A DNA stretch of 64,000 nucleotides, from the IMG/VR virus record IMGVR_UViG_3300016744_000001; one strand, given 5' to 3'. The notes under the pieces were generated by a model, which saw nothing but the letters and a program-made list of their open reading frames with translations, was not told the origin of the DNA and did no database searches. The stretch is from a virus (lineage: Duplodnaviria; Caudoviricetes). The translations under genes and the position numbers were made by a program. Below are positions 30,346-40,298 of the stretch, piece by piece (position 1 is the first letter of the stretch; each line of letters begins with the position of its first letter).

Positions 30346-31296
30346 ATGACGATCGATTTTAAAAAACTGTTGCTCACTGAACCACCATTGTGGGTTGTTG
30401 TTGGAACATTTGTACTGATGTTCCTAGTAACCATTTTTGCAATTTATGCCAAGGTTGATCCCTCAATGATGCAATGGGTTATCCTTGCGACAATGCTTTG
30501 GTTTGGGATTGCTACCACGAACTACCGCACAATCAGGGCACCGAAAGAACAAGACATCCAAGTAACATTCATGAGCCGTGACAACACTCAGACATTCTAT
30601 TTCACTGGGGATGACTACCACGGTTACGTCGTGAAAAATAAGGCACGGTCTTACAGCCAGCAATTGTTTGCGGAATTCAAGTGTCGTGATATTCCGGAAG
30701 GAATTGCGCTTTGTTTTTCAGCCCTACGATTTCTATCGAAAACGATTTCGGTAGAAAAGCAAAGCTCCGGGTATAACGCGGATGATGTTTGGTTGATTAC
30801 CAACATCAAAAAACTCGTTGACAATCGTCACTGGGAACCCATCCTTCCTGAATACTACTTCTACACGGCTAGCTCATTTTTCCCTGGTCAACCAACAGAA
30901 GAAACACATCCTCGGACAATGATCACCCCATGCGTGTTGATGGTCGACGATGGTGTTTGGGATAGTGTTGCAGCTGCCTTTGGTGCAATTCGTAAATGTG
31001 AACAATTTGGGGAACGTTGCCAACTTGACTTTCTCCAACTCAGTCTCCAATCTCCTGAGTTGCTTACGTACTTTGAAAAGCTGTGTATGGAACTTCAGGA
31101 TAATGACAATCCCACCGCTACCGTTACAGCGATCTTTTACGATCACAACTCTCGTCAGACTATCCCTCTCATTCTGAATGCCAACTGGTATGTCAATGAT
31201 CCGAAAGTATTCAACTTTGCAAATCGCAGTGCTTGGGAAGATCAACTTCAGATCATCAGAAACTGCACCAACATCAAAAGTTTGACTGAGTACTAA
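30346..31296 (+). CDS. 2-TM membrane protein, paralog family D
   Basis: Two N-terminal TMs; GYVVKN...WEDQLQIIRN. Confidence 0.7.
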   Translation: MTIDFKKLLLTEPPLWVVVGTFVLMFLVTIFAIYAKVDPSMMQWVILATMLWFGIATTNYRTIRAPKEQDIQVTFMSRDNTQTFYFTGDDYHGYVVKNKARSYSQQLFAEFKCRDIPEGIALCFSALRFLSKTISVEKQSSGYNADDVWLITNIKKLVDNRHWEPILPEYYFYTASSFFPGQPTEETHPRTMITPCVLMVDDGVWDSVAAAFGAIRKCEQFGERCQLDFLQLSLQSPELLTYFEKLCMELQDNDNPTATVTAIFYDHNSRQTIPLILNANWYVNDPKVFNFANRSAWEDQLQIIRNCTNIKSLTEY

Positions 31297-31314
31297 CTGT
31301 ACAAGGAGCCACCC

Positions 31315-32202
31315 GTGTTAAAAAATTGGATTAACCAGAATTTCGGACTAGTCCTAATCGCAGTGTGGTTCAGTTGGTGCTGGTTCGGGATAAACCTGAT
31401 GATTGCCAACAATACCACAACACCAGAAGGGGTACTCTTTGCCGTTAGTGGATTCTTGGTAGCGATCACAACCGTTGCGTGGGCAGTTCAAAAAGTTAAC
31501 CGTAAGCGGCAAGACGCGTTGACCAAACATCTGGTAACTTTTGTCAATGGCCCCACTCAACGTAACTTCATCATTCTTGGATGTCCTTTGACAGGTTACA
31601 TTGTCAAATCGGAGGATGGTGCCGTTTACGGTGAATACCCTGCCAGTGATTTCCAGACTGCGATTGGGGTTAGTTTTGATCTTGTCAAGGTGCAAGAAAA
31701 AGCTACTCCATCCACTTGGATAATCCTTCGGATATTACGGATCTCGAATAATGAGCAACAGTACACCCACTTTGAGTTGTACGGATTGACTCAGAAAAGC
31801 TTTTCCGAAAGGTTAGCTGAAAGAGCTTTCCAGCTGCGCAGGACGCCCTGTATGGTGTTGTTCCCAACTGAGCTGACTGCTCAAGTTTGTGATGTATTCG
31901 GAACAATCACAAACTTTGTAGCGCTCACGGCGCGTCACAGATTTGGTATGATCAACATCACCTTGGATGATGACCTTCTTCCAACAAAGATGCTTAAGCT
32001 GCATGAACGCATTGAGACCCAGGTTACTGATGAAGAAGTAAAGCGCAAACGAATTGTGTTTTTCTTCTTTGTTGAAGCTCAGTCTAAACTTGTTCCGTTG
32101 GTATTCCATGGCTCAGCTGATTCTGGAAAACCAGAAGACCTGAGCACCATCGGAAAAGAAACCTGGATTACCCAGATCCAACTTGTTCGGAATGCACAGT
32201 AA
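31315..32202 (+). CDS. 2-TM membrane protein, paralog family D
   Basis: Two N-terminal TMs; GYIVKS...WITQIQLVRN. Confidence 0.7.
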   Translation: MLKNWINQNFGLVLIAVWFSWCWFGINLMIANNTTTPEGVLFAVSGFLVAITTVAWAVQKVNRKRQDALTKHLVTFVNGPTQRNFIILGCPLTGYIVKSEDGAVYGEYPASDFQTAIGVSFDLVKVQEKATPSTWIILRILRISNNEQQYTHFELYGLTQKSFSERLAERAFQLRRTPCMVLFPTELTAQVCDVFGTITNFVALTARHRFGMINITLDDDLLPTKMLKLHERIETQVTDEEVKRKRIVFFFFVEAQSKLVPLVFHGSADSGKPEDLSTIGKETWITQIQLVRNAQ

Positions 32203-32301
32203 ATGTCATGAGAGGGGGAACCCTCTCATGGCTTACAATTTGTTGGGATTGTATGGTTCTCTTATTCTATACCAACAAAATGACCTATCTGTGAGGACAT
32301 C

Positions 32302-34011
32302 ATGGCTGAGCCAACCCAGGCAACACCAATTGTCTTGCTTAAAGACAAACGCCCATACTCGTGCTTCATTGATCAAATCTACGATCCTGATAAGGATGGT
32401 ACATTCCAAAACACGGATGACTACCCACGAGTTGTCCCCATGGAAGGGGCTGCCGCAATTGACCGTGCGACAGGCAGCATGTACTACGTCAAATCGGTCG
32501 ATCCGAAAACTCTGAAGAGTACCCTTGCACCAACCAGAATCGTGGTTGATGTTGATGCAGAAGAAATCAAGTTGGTGTCTTACGGCATTGACCGTTATGT
32601 CTTGTACATCAACAAAGACCACAAACCTTCTCAGTTGACAGTCTCTGGCAACTTCATGGCTTTTGGTGCATCCATCGTGGAGTATCAACTCTACAAACGT
32701 AACACCGCTGGTGAACGTGAAGTAATCTCACTGTACCTTGACAGTGATGAAAACTATCGCAACAACCGCATCCCCATGATGTCAATCATGCCGGGAAGTC
32801 CCATCAAACAGTGCACCAACTGTCACACCCTCTCAGATGTGAAAGATGGTGACAGTGTAGAAATGGATCTGTTTGACAATGTCGGTATCTTAGTGATGAC
32901 CGTCAGGTTGACAGTGGTCAATTCCATTGCCCTGAATGACCTTGCCAGTGATAGTGACATGATTGTTGGCATGGATGCTACAGCACTGCAGATGCTGTCA
33001 GACGGATCATTCTACCTTTACCAACGACAATCAGTCGACCATCTTGGGATTGTTCCACGACTGGAATACTCTGATGGTCGGTATGCTGATCTTGCCATTG
33101 ATGGTAAGACTTGCTTCGTTCATGGTCTCGAAGGTTTTGTACCTTCTTACCCTGGGCAAAAGCAAAAGATCCTGATCAAGAAATTCCTTGGTCCTAAAGA
33201 GTACGCAAAGATCCAGCCCACGGAAAGTAATCAACGTTTTGTGATCTGCGAAAAGTGGGTGACTGTGTTGGCGAACAAATCCTTAAGTGGCATCAAGGTT
33301 TCTGTGATGCCTCTTTGGAATGCTGCTGCTGAAAACTACTATCTCAAGTACATCGCGTACAGCGATTCCCGGGATAAAGTTGTTGATATTACCAACGATG
33401 TCGTTCTGCAGCACGCCATCAACACTGGTTTGTTCGGTGAGAAACAGCAGCTGTACTTCACTGTTGACTTGTCAAAGGTCTTTGGTGTCGAACTGACAGT
33501 GCCCTTTGCTCAGAAGAACTATCTGGTATTCCAGAATGGTGTCAACTATCAAAAGTATCTGATCGCGGATGACGAAGACATGAACGTTACGTATGGTGTC
33601 GAAAGCACGATGCGCCGGCGTCCAGTTATCCATTATGACGCCACTCTTGGTAAGTACTTTGTGCCGACTTCTCGGTTTGCGAACCAAGAAGCTATGCTGG
33701 ATGCATTCTACAAGTGTGCAAACCCGCCGTACAACACTGATAGTGAACTGGAGCCACCCACTCCTACTCACTACACCATCCGGGCACTTGACAACCTGAC
33801 CACTCTCGTCACGACACCAATCCCCATGGAAACGTTCAACGTGGCTTGGGCAATCAATCGCACTGGTCGCACTGATCTGTTGGTTGGTTCTAATGTCATT
33901 GTCGAGTTCTTGAAAGAACAAGGAAGTGAGTTCCAGATTCTGTACGGAGTACCCGTGGATGTGGTTACATCTGCAACTGGGTACAATACTGAGCCGAACA
34001 ACATCATTTAA
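32302..34011 (+). CDS. virion structural/baseplate protein (phiKZ gp26-like)
   Basis: 569 aa; IDQIY...RVVP, C.NCHT, E.EPPTPTHY motifs; order after the gp27-like gene. Confidence 0.65.
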   Translation: MAEPTQATPIVLLKDKRPYSCFIDQIYDPDKDGTFQNTDDYPRVVPMEGAAAIDRATGSMYYVKSVDPKTLKSTLAPTRIVVDVDAEEIKLVSYGIDRYVLYINKDHKPSQLTVSGNFMAFGASIVEYQLYKRNTAGEREVISLYLDSDENYRNNRIPMMSIMPGSPIKQCTNCHTLSDVKDGDSVEMDLFDNVGILVMTVRLTVVNSIALNDLASDSDMIVGMDATALQMLSDGSFYLYQRQSVDHLGIVPRLEYSDGRYADLAIDGKTCFVHGLEGFVPSYPGQKQKILIKKFLGPKEYAKIQPTESNQRFVICEKWVTVLANKSLSGIKVSVMPLWNAAAENYYLKYIAYSDSRDKVVDITNDVVLQHAINTGLFGEKQQLYFTVDLSKVFGVELTVPFAQKNYLVFQNGVNYQKYLIADDEDMNVTYGVESTMRRRPVIHYDATLGKYFVPTSRFANQEAMLDAFYKCANPPYNTDSELEPPTPTHYTIRALDNLTTLVTTPIPMETFNVAWAINRTGRTDLLVGSNVIVEFLKEQGSEFQILYGVPVDVVTSATGYNTEPNNII

Positions 34012-34066
34012 ACAACTAACCTGAGCACCAGAGAAATCCTGGTGCTCAGGCTGATAGGAAGAGCAT

Positions 34067-34726
34067 ATGGCAATTGTGTTCGCTGGTACCGATGCTACAA
34101 TGCTGAAGGCTGTGCAATATCCAAGATCACTTGACATCGACTTTACGAAGTTCATGTCAGGTACCGAACTGTACAACTATCTAGCATTGACCTACCCAGA
34201 TTTCTTTGACACATCAAACAAATGTTTGTTGTCCTCAACTACGAAGGTCGGCCCAAATAGCTCAAAAGCATTTCGATATGGTGATAGTGTTGAGCGGTAC
34301 AATACCGGATTTCGTTTGAATTTTCCAATCATTCCGAAATCAATCACATGCTCTTTTTATGTTGGTGACACTTTCGGGAACATTACCACGGCAATGAACT
34401 TTGATGCTGGTCTTCGATGGTTTCTACCAACATTGGCTGGGTACTATCCAATTATGTGTGTCGTAAAAGTTGGTAACTCAGCTTACAACAACACAGCAAA
34501 CAGCATTTACGGACATACTGGAACTGCCTACTGGAGAAACTATTTTGCCTCAGCTACTCCAGGTAAGATCACAAAAGTGCTGACTCCAGCAAACTCATGG
34601 TTCCCAACAAAACCAATGGAAAACCCATTGGTGTTCCATAACTGGAATACGTACACTGATGGTGCTAACCACGGTTCGTATACTGGTTATGTGTTCTTCG
34701 ACAAAATCTCAATTTCCTTTGTTTAG
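34067..34726 (+). CDS. hypothetical beta-rich protein, possibly virion-associated
   Basis: 219 aa, rich in T/N/G/Y, flanked by hairpins. Confidence 0.55.
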   Translation: MAIVFAGTDATMLKAVQYPRSLDIDFTKFMSGTELYNYLALTYPDFFDTSNKCLLSSTTKVGPNSSKAFRYGDSVERYNTGFRLNFPIIPKSITCSFYVGDTFGNITTAMNFDAGLRWFLPTLAGYYPIMCVVKVGNSAYNNTANSIYGHTGTAYWRNYFASATPGKITKVLTPANSWFPTKPMENPLVFHNWNTYTDGANHGSYTGYVFFDKISISFV

Positions 34727-34762
34727 TTCATCACCACTCTGCTGGTAACCCCAGCAGAGCGG

Positions 34763-34794
34763 TGTGACTCAATGATTTTTTTAATCTATATTAC
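34763..34794 (+). promoter_or_regulatory. early promoter
   Basis: TGTGAC at 34763 and TATATTAC at 34787. Confidence 0.7.
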
Positions 34795-34839
34795 CCAAGT
34801 AGTTACAGTTGTAAAGAACCTTTAATCCTTGAGGAAGAA

Positions 34840-35124
34840 ATGGGAATTCTCACCTCGCTTGATGGTGCTGTAGTATTCAGTGTTCTTGGCATGGCCATCA
34901 TAACGGTGATGGCAGTGCAACTAATCAATTTCCTTAATGGTGGCGATCAACCGCTGGTCGAAATCATGGACGCACTGATGAAACCCGAACATATCCGACA
35001 GGTCCGAATCCAACAAATGCAACTGCAGTTGGATGAGCACGAACAGAAACTTATAAAATTACAGGAAGAAACGGAAAAACTGAAAGCCCTCCTTGCAGAA
35101 AAATACGATCACCCTAACCAATAA
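34840..35124 (+). CDS. TM + coiled-coil protein
   Basis: GAGG RBS; N-terminal TM. Confidence 0.65.
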   Translation: MGILTSLDGAVVFSVLGMAIITVMAVQLINFLNGGDQPLVEIMDALMKPEHIRQVRIQQMQLQLDEHEQKLIKLQEETEKLKALLAEKYDHPNQ

Positions 35125-35136
35125 TTGAAGGTTATT

Positions 35137-35529
35137 ATGGAACATCCTGAACTCATTTTTAAGCTGGTTCTTCTTGTTATTGGCTGCACCATCGTGTTCG
35201 GTGCGTTCTCATACTGGGCATCGAAGCAATTCTGTAATGATGTCCGCAAGGTGTCGATTCCGCAAAACACCGAGTATCTTGATATCCTTAAGGAGCAGGC
35301 ATCGCTGGTGAAACAGCAGCAGATGCTCCTTAACAAGATGTCTGGGACCAACACCAGTCTGGTTGAAGTTTACAGTGCTCAAGCTGAACAACTGGAACAG
35401 ATGAACCGATTTCTTGGGGATAGCCATGCACTGGTAGTCGCAATCTTAGAAAGACTTGAAGACCTCAGGAAAAGTCTTCATGAAGAAAACAAAACAACTG
35501 ACACGACTGGAGACGCTGATGTATCATAA
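35137..35529 (+). CDS. TM + coiled-coil protein
   Basis: N-terminal TM, heptad-rich C-terminus. Confidence 0.65.
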   Translation: MEHPELIFKLVLLVIGCTIVFGAFSYWASKQFCNDVRKVSIPQNTEYLDILKEQASLVKQQQMLLNKMSGTNTSLVEVYSAQAEQLEQMNRFLGDSHALVVAILERLEDLRKSLHEENKTTDTTGDADVS

Positions 35530-36403
35530 CCCGTTTGATATCCTCGATCCCATGAAAGAAGTTTACCGGATCAACTTGGCTGAACTGGGTGAGCTGATCA
35601 ACCAGGATCACGCAACAAGGTGGGGTGCCGCCGATCCGCAAGATTTCAACCCAAGTAATCACTTCACCGCGATCGCTTGTGGTCATGACCTGGCAACCAT
35701 GGACATTCCTATCAGCACCATCGCACTGGTGTACGGGATCGATACTGGGATGCTCGCCATCAAAAAGGCGAAACGTGTTGACGGCACCCCTGTGAAGTTT
35801 TCACCGAAGCTCTGCCAGAAGTTCATCGTTGACCAGTTGAGTCTCTGGCAACATCAGGTCTTTTCCGGTGCCGCCCCGAATAAGCCAACTGAACTGATGC
35901 AGCTCCTCAACATCAAAGAAAACGAATGTGAACTGTACTTCGCCATGATCCGGGCAACCACCACGGCGCACGACAAGAAGCTTGATGGGGATGACTTCTA
36001 TCAATACGTCATCAACAACCTGCTTGCTCAGTTCAAGATTGCTCATGACTTGGCGGTCACAGAAGCAAATGCTGAACACCCAACAGACATGGAGAACCGT
36101 GATTACCACATCAATCGCCACGCTGACTGGCAAACCAGTCAGCTGGCGTTTTGGTTTCATGAGCTTGAACGACTCCAGTCCCCTGACGCGGAGCTTCCTG
36201 ATTTTCAGGAACTGCTTGGTGCGTTAGTGGAAGTGTTCAACTATCCCATTGACTGCTTGTTGGAAGAAGATGGAACTTATGCTTCTCCTAACGTGCAAAC
36301 ATTGGTGCACTTTCAAAAAGCCATGACCAAGCAGTTTATCGACCAGATGCAGGGCATCTTCTTCTGGACCCACGTTCCAGCAACGATTGCCTTTCAGGGA
36401 TAA
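35519..36403 (+). CDS. hypothetical protein
   Basis: GGAG RBS before ATG 35519; helical. Confidence 0.7.
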   Translation: MYHNPFDILDPMKEVYRINLAELGELINQDHATRWGAADPQDFNPSNHFTAIACGHDLATMDIPISTIALVYGIDTGMLAIKKAKRVDGTPVKFSPKLCQKFIVDQLSLWQHQVFSGAAPNKPTELMQLLNIKENECELYFAMIRATTTAHDKKLDGDDFYQYVINNLLAQFKIAHDLAVTEANAEHPTDMENRDYHINRHADWQTSQLAFWFHELERLQSPDAELPDFQELLGALVEVFNYPIDCLLEEDGTYASPNVQTLVHFQKAMTKQFIDQMQGIFFWTHVPATIAFQG

Positions 36404-36415
36404 ATCGCTATTGAC

Positions 36416-36453
36416 CAGACAGCCCTCTTCGGGGGGCTGTCTGTTTTATTTTT
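36416..36453 (+). terminator. classical intrinsic terminator (cUUCGg loop + U-tract)
   Basis: cagacagccctc-ttcg-gggggctgtctg-ttttattttt. Confidence 0.85.
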
Positions 36454-36456
36454 TCG

Positions 36457-36540
36457 TGTAAATCAATTCAGTTCGCACGTATATAACAGTCTTGAAGAAG
36501 GAGATTAATCCAATCTCCTAATAAACTCAAAGGAGTCTAT
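36457..36540 (+). promoter_or_regulatory. early promoter variant (TATATAAC) plus leader, homologous to 51019-51085
   Basis: tgtaaatcaa...ttcgca..tatataaca....tgaagaag.agattaat...atct shared between the two loci. Confidence 0.7.
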
Positions 36541-36541
36541 C

Positions 36542-36757
36542 ATGGCTGCTATCAATTACTGTGCGACGTTTTCGTCTGAGAATTCGGCTGAGTATTTTCG
36601 TGGTATTGTTGAACGTCTGTCCAGCGAAGTCCACACTTTCAATCACAATGGTAATCACACGGTGTGTTTCCGTATTTGCTTGGGTTCCTGTGACACCACG
36701 ATGATTCGTGATCTCGCTGTGAATACTTGCTGCGGCACCTTCGCATGTGCTGTGTAG
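36542..36757 (+). CDS. small hypothetical protein
   Basis: AAGGAG RBS; own promoter and terminator. Confidence 0.7.
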   Translation: MAAINYCATFSSENSAEYFRGIVERLSSEVHTFNHNGNHTVCFRICLGSCDTTMIRDLAVNTCCGTFACAV

Positions 36758-36810
36758 TGAGCATGGAGGATAGGGGTTTACCCTACCTCCATGCTTTTAT
36801 TTTTTTTTGT

Positions 36811-37293
36811 TCAAAATCGCACGAGATAGCAAATCTTGAGATACTTCTCCACCTGTGGAAGGAATTGATCTTCAACACAACACAAGACCTGATCATGATC
36901 CAAGCCACCGCATCCACAGCCAAGTGGTGGAATCGCAATGGAATAAATTTTTGTTTGAACCACGAATTGTGCAAGGGCTCTCAGACCTCTTTCAACTAGT
37001 TCAATTGGCGATGCTTCACGCCAGTGGTATTTGGTTGGAAAGTTTACTACGATTTCAGGTTTGTTAGTATCGTAAAAAGACGCATCACTGATCGACACGG
37101 CTTGAACGAGCCCTTCAACCAATTCCCCTTCCTCAATTGCTCTACGGTAATCCGTAAAGACTTCTGGATAACGCTGCTTGAACTGCAACGCTAAGCCCTT
37201 ACCCATGACACCAACTAGGTTCACCGGATTAACCAATGCTTGTGCTGGAAGTGAAAAAATGTCAGCTGTTGTGTGGATGATGTTTGTGGCCAT
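36811..37293 (-). CDS. macrodomain ADP-ribosylhydrolase (DarG N-terminal-like)
   Basis: LVNPVNLVGVMGKGLALQFKQRYP, NFPTKYHWR, IAIPPLGCGCGGL. Confidence 0.9.
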   Translation of the reverse strand: MATNIIHTTADIFSLPAQALVNPVNLVGVMGKGLALQFKQRYPEVFTDYRRAIEEGELVEGLVQAVSISDASFYDTNKPEIVVNFPTKYHWREASPIELVERGLRALAQFVVQTKIYSIAIPPLGCGCGGLDHDQVLCCVEDQFLPQVEKYLKICYLVRF

Positions 37294-37402
37294 AATTCCA
37301 ACCCGCCAATCGGTTTAATATATAGTAATCGTCACGCATCGTATGGCTAGTTTTATGTTAATATCTACATCATTTACAAACACCCACGGAACGGAGGGCA
37401 AC

Positions 37403-38719
37403 ATGCGGCAAATCTACAGTTTGTATAAAGCCGCTGGTACAGTTTTGACAGAAATGAAAATGTCAGATATCAAACCAGTGGATGTGTTCACTTCCTCAAG
37501 CGCATCTTGTCGTGACTTGTCTGTTCGGTATTTTGTTGTTGTTGATTCCCCAGCGGATACTGCAACTGAGTATTCATTCGCAGATCTCACCGCACTGCTC
37601 ACCATGACAAATGTGATCAGTGGTAAAGACATCACCACCCTTACTTGGGCTGACCTTGGTGGTCTCATCACTGATCACATGGTCCTCGGTTACAGCACTA
37701 AAGTACCAGACTTCATGGATGCAACCAGAAGTCTGTGTTTTGCTGAACCACTGCATGTTCCTGAACTGTTTGAACTTTCTTACACCAGGGTCAATGTCCC
37801 AAAAGACCGCAATGTCTCTTTTCGACGTTGGCAACTTCTTGATCTTGGTGTGAAAAAAATAGATCCTGATTGCAAACTGGATCTCTCACAATGTTTGCTC
37901 AGTGTCAATGGGTTGCTGTCAATTCCCACATTTTTCGATGATGAACTTTTGATGCCAAGAGGCGCAGAGTTCATGCATTCATCTACGACAACAAAGCGAC
38001 CCTGCGTATCACTGTTGGACTTCTCCAGCCTTGGGGGCATCAAGTGTGTCCCCTTCTCAGCTTGTACGTCAAAAACAAAGGCTGGTCAAAAAGCAGACGT
38101 GAACTTTGCAATGGGATTGGACGTTGAAATCTTCTTGCCAGCCACTTACTCCTTGAAGAACAAGTCTGTCTTCATGGTGATTGGCCACACCCTGTTCTTC
38201 CCTGATTCCTGCAAAGTAGTCAGTGACACTTCTGTGCTGATCTCACCACACCACTTGCCAATCGGAACTTGTTTGCTGAAGCAACAAATCGCTGCGAACA
38301 AGTTCAATGAAAGCACTGACACTGTCAGTACTGAGATGGGTATCCAAGAGTATCTTGGTGGTGGCATGTACGCTGCTGATCACAAGGGAGCGTTCTTTGT
38401 GATCGTTGACACACCAAAGCTCTACATCAAGAAAGTACACACTCATCAGTACGCACATTCCGCACTGCATGTTGCCACTGGTGGGGTAGCCGGATTCCTT
38501 TGGGATCAGTCATCAATGTCGATTGTTGACCAGACAAGAGTAGACTATCAATCGTATACCGATTTTTACGCCTACAATAGCCCTAGGATGTCTCTGCTGA
38601 CGACACATGACTACTACAACAGGAATCATGCAATCGAAGCTCTGCATCCATTCTACGAAGGTTTTCTGCCACAGGTAGATGCCAACTGTATGTATGCAAT
38701 TCAGATCACACGTCCTTAG
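37403..38719 (+). CDS. putative virion protein (phiKZ gp177-like by position)
   Basis: About 438 aa; CLLSVNG...LDFSSLGGI; first gene of the protease operon. Confidence 0.5.
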   Translation: MRQIYSLYKAAGTVLTEMKMSDIKPVDVFTSSSASCRDLSVRYFVVVDSPADTATEYSFADLTALLTMTNVISGKDITTLTWADLGGLITDHMVLGYSTKVPDFMDATRSLCFAEPLHVPELFELSYTRVNVPKDRNVSFRRWQLLDLGVKKIDPDCKLDLSQCLLSVNGLLSIPTFFDDELLMPRGAEFMHSSTTTKRPCVSLLDFSSLGGIKCVPFSACTSKTKAGQKADVNFAMGLDVEIFLPATYSLKNKSVFMVIGHTLFFPDSCKVVSDTSVLISPHHLPIGTCLLKQQIAANKFNESTDTVSTEMGIQEYLGGGMYAADHKGAFFVIVDTPKLYIKKVHTHQYAHSALHVATGGVAGFLWDQSSMSIVDQTRVDYQSYTDFYAYNSPRMSLLTTHDYYNRNHAIEALHPFYEGFLPQVDANCMYAIQITRP

Positions 38720-38728
38720 GAGCTACTG

Positions 38729-39421
38729 ATGGCAAAGCAATTTTCAAAGTACCTCAAAAATGATCCAGGTAGTGATGGTTTTATTTTTGTTGGTGAGAGC
38801 GCGAAAGCGTATATCCCACAACGATACACTGTCCACGATCTGCTTATCGTTGAGAACACAGTCAAAGCGCTTGGCATTTTCACAATTGAAGTCGAAGGGG
38901 ATACTCAGAAGTACAATCTGATGTTCCCTGCGATTCTTGAGATGATGCCATCTGACACCTATCAACAGAAGATCGACAATGTCGAGTACACGGTGTTGGT
39001 GTTTAAAAAGGGTGATCCTTTCTTGGTCAGTAAGACGATGATCAAGCAAAGCTTTATCCTGGGTAAGATGTTTATCGAGTTTACCCGAAACGGCAACATC
39101 CCACCATTCGTCAGTTACTCACAGCTGTCCACTCTTATGGACGTTGCGCAGGAAACGTGTGGGGTATCATTGAAGGTTCTGCACTCCATCTTTGAAATGA
39201 TGGCCGCATTCCAAGCGCGTGATCCTAACAACTTGAATGTTCAGTACCGGCATACTGACATGAAAAATCCAGCTGCCTATCTCGGACTGCGAAACACCAC
39301 GTCGATCAGAGACAGTGCGACATCCGGTCTTCTTGGTAGTTATTTCATGGAAGGACTTAACAGGTCTTTGATCAATCAGTCTGAACAACAGCACGAGATT
39401 GAAGACCTTCTTCGTACGTAA
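38729..39421 (+). CDS. virion RNA polymerase beta'-C-terminal-like subunit (phiKZ gp176 / SPN3US gp244-like)
   Basis: HSIFEMMAAFQARD and LGLRNTTSIRDSATSGLLGSYF resemble the beta' C-terminal HIEVIVRQM and LLGITKASL..SFISAASF; adjacent to the prohead protease. Confidence 0.65.
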   Translation: MAKQFSKYLKNDPGSDGFIFVGESAKAYIPQRYTVHDLLIVENTVKALGIFTIEVEGDTQKYNLMFPAILEMMPSDTYQQKIDNVEYTVLVFKKGDPFLVSKTMIKQSFILGKMFIEFTRNGNIPPFVSYSQLSTLMDVAQETCGVSLKVLHSIFEMMAAFQARDPNNLNVQYRHTDMKNPAAYLGLRNTTSIRDSATSGLLGSYFMEGLNRSLINQSEQQHEIEDLLRT

Positions 39422-39443
39422 TCTTTTCCCCACGAGAGAAAAT

Positions 39444-40289
39444 ATGTCAACTGCCGCCGCTCAAGTACTGCAAAACACACCGAACAAACTGTACCTCTAT
39501 GTTGGTGTGATGGATTCTTTTGATGGACGCAAACTCCAAGCGTTGCGCCCTGATGCTGATGGCTACTTCAATGGTATCCCCATGTCAGCGTTCAACGCCA
39601 AATCCCTCAATGGTTGTTACTACGATACCGAATCGTACTACAGCCAGTTGACGAATCTTAACACGCCGTTCAACATTCGGCTGACCCATGGCAACCTTTA
39701 CGGTGAGTGGGGTCATCCGAAAGATGACGCTCCGCTTTCCCGTGTAGTGATGATCGACCGTGATCAGGAAAGTCACCACTTCAAGGCTGTCTACACAGAC
39801 AAGAATGCTGCTGGCAACTGTCCGATCATCCGTGCTGACATCAAGTGCACGGGGCCTAAGGGCAAGTACCTTGAACCTTCACTGATGAACCCGCATGAAA
39901 ACACAGCGTTTTCACTGCGGTGTTTGATGACAGAACGGTATGATGCTGCGCTGCGTGCACCTGTGCGCACTGTGGAAGAATTTGTTACCTTTGACGCTGT
40001 TGATATGCCTGGTTATCTGTACGGTAGCAAGTGGTATGTCGAAGCAACCCAGACAGGCAAAGAGTGTCTCATGCCCATCACGTTGGACATGCTGTACACT
40101 CCCACTGGCAAGCGTGTCGCATTGGAAAGTTACAATGACGAACGTCTGCTGGAACTGTTTGGTGTCAAGAACTTTGACCTCGATGGCAAAGCTCTTGGTA
40201 GCTATATCAAAGGTACAAACACCTACCGTGATCCCATGGGTGTTAACCGGTCTCTGATTCACAGTGTGCTGAATCAGAAGCGTTCCTAA
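39444..40289 (+). CDS. prohead protease (phiKZ gp175 / T4 gp21-like)
   Basis: LYGEWGHP, TAFSLR, VTFDAVDMPG. Confidence 0.85.
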   Translation: MSTAAAQVLQNTPNKLYLYVGVMDSFDGRKLQALRPDADGYFNGIPMSAFNAKSLNGCYYDTESYYSQLTNLNTPFNIRLTHGNLYGEWGHPKDDAPLSRVVMIDRDQESHHFKAVYTDKNAAGNCPIIRADIKCTGPKGKYLEPSLMNPHENTAFSLRCLMTERYDAALRAPVRTVEEFVTFDAVDMPGYLYGSKWYVEATQTGKECLMPITLDMLYTPTGKRVALESYNDERLLELFGVKNFDLDGKALGSYIKGTNTYRDPMGVNRSLIHSVLNQKRS

Positions 40290-40298
40290 GGAGGGACC

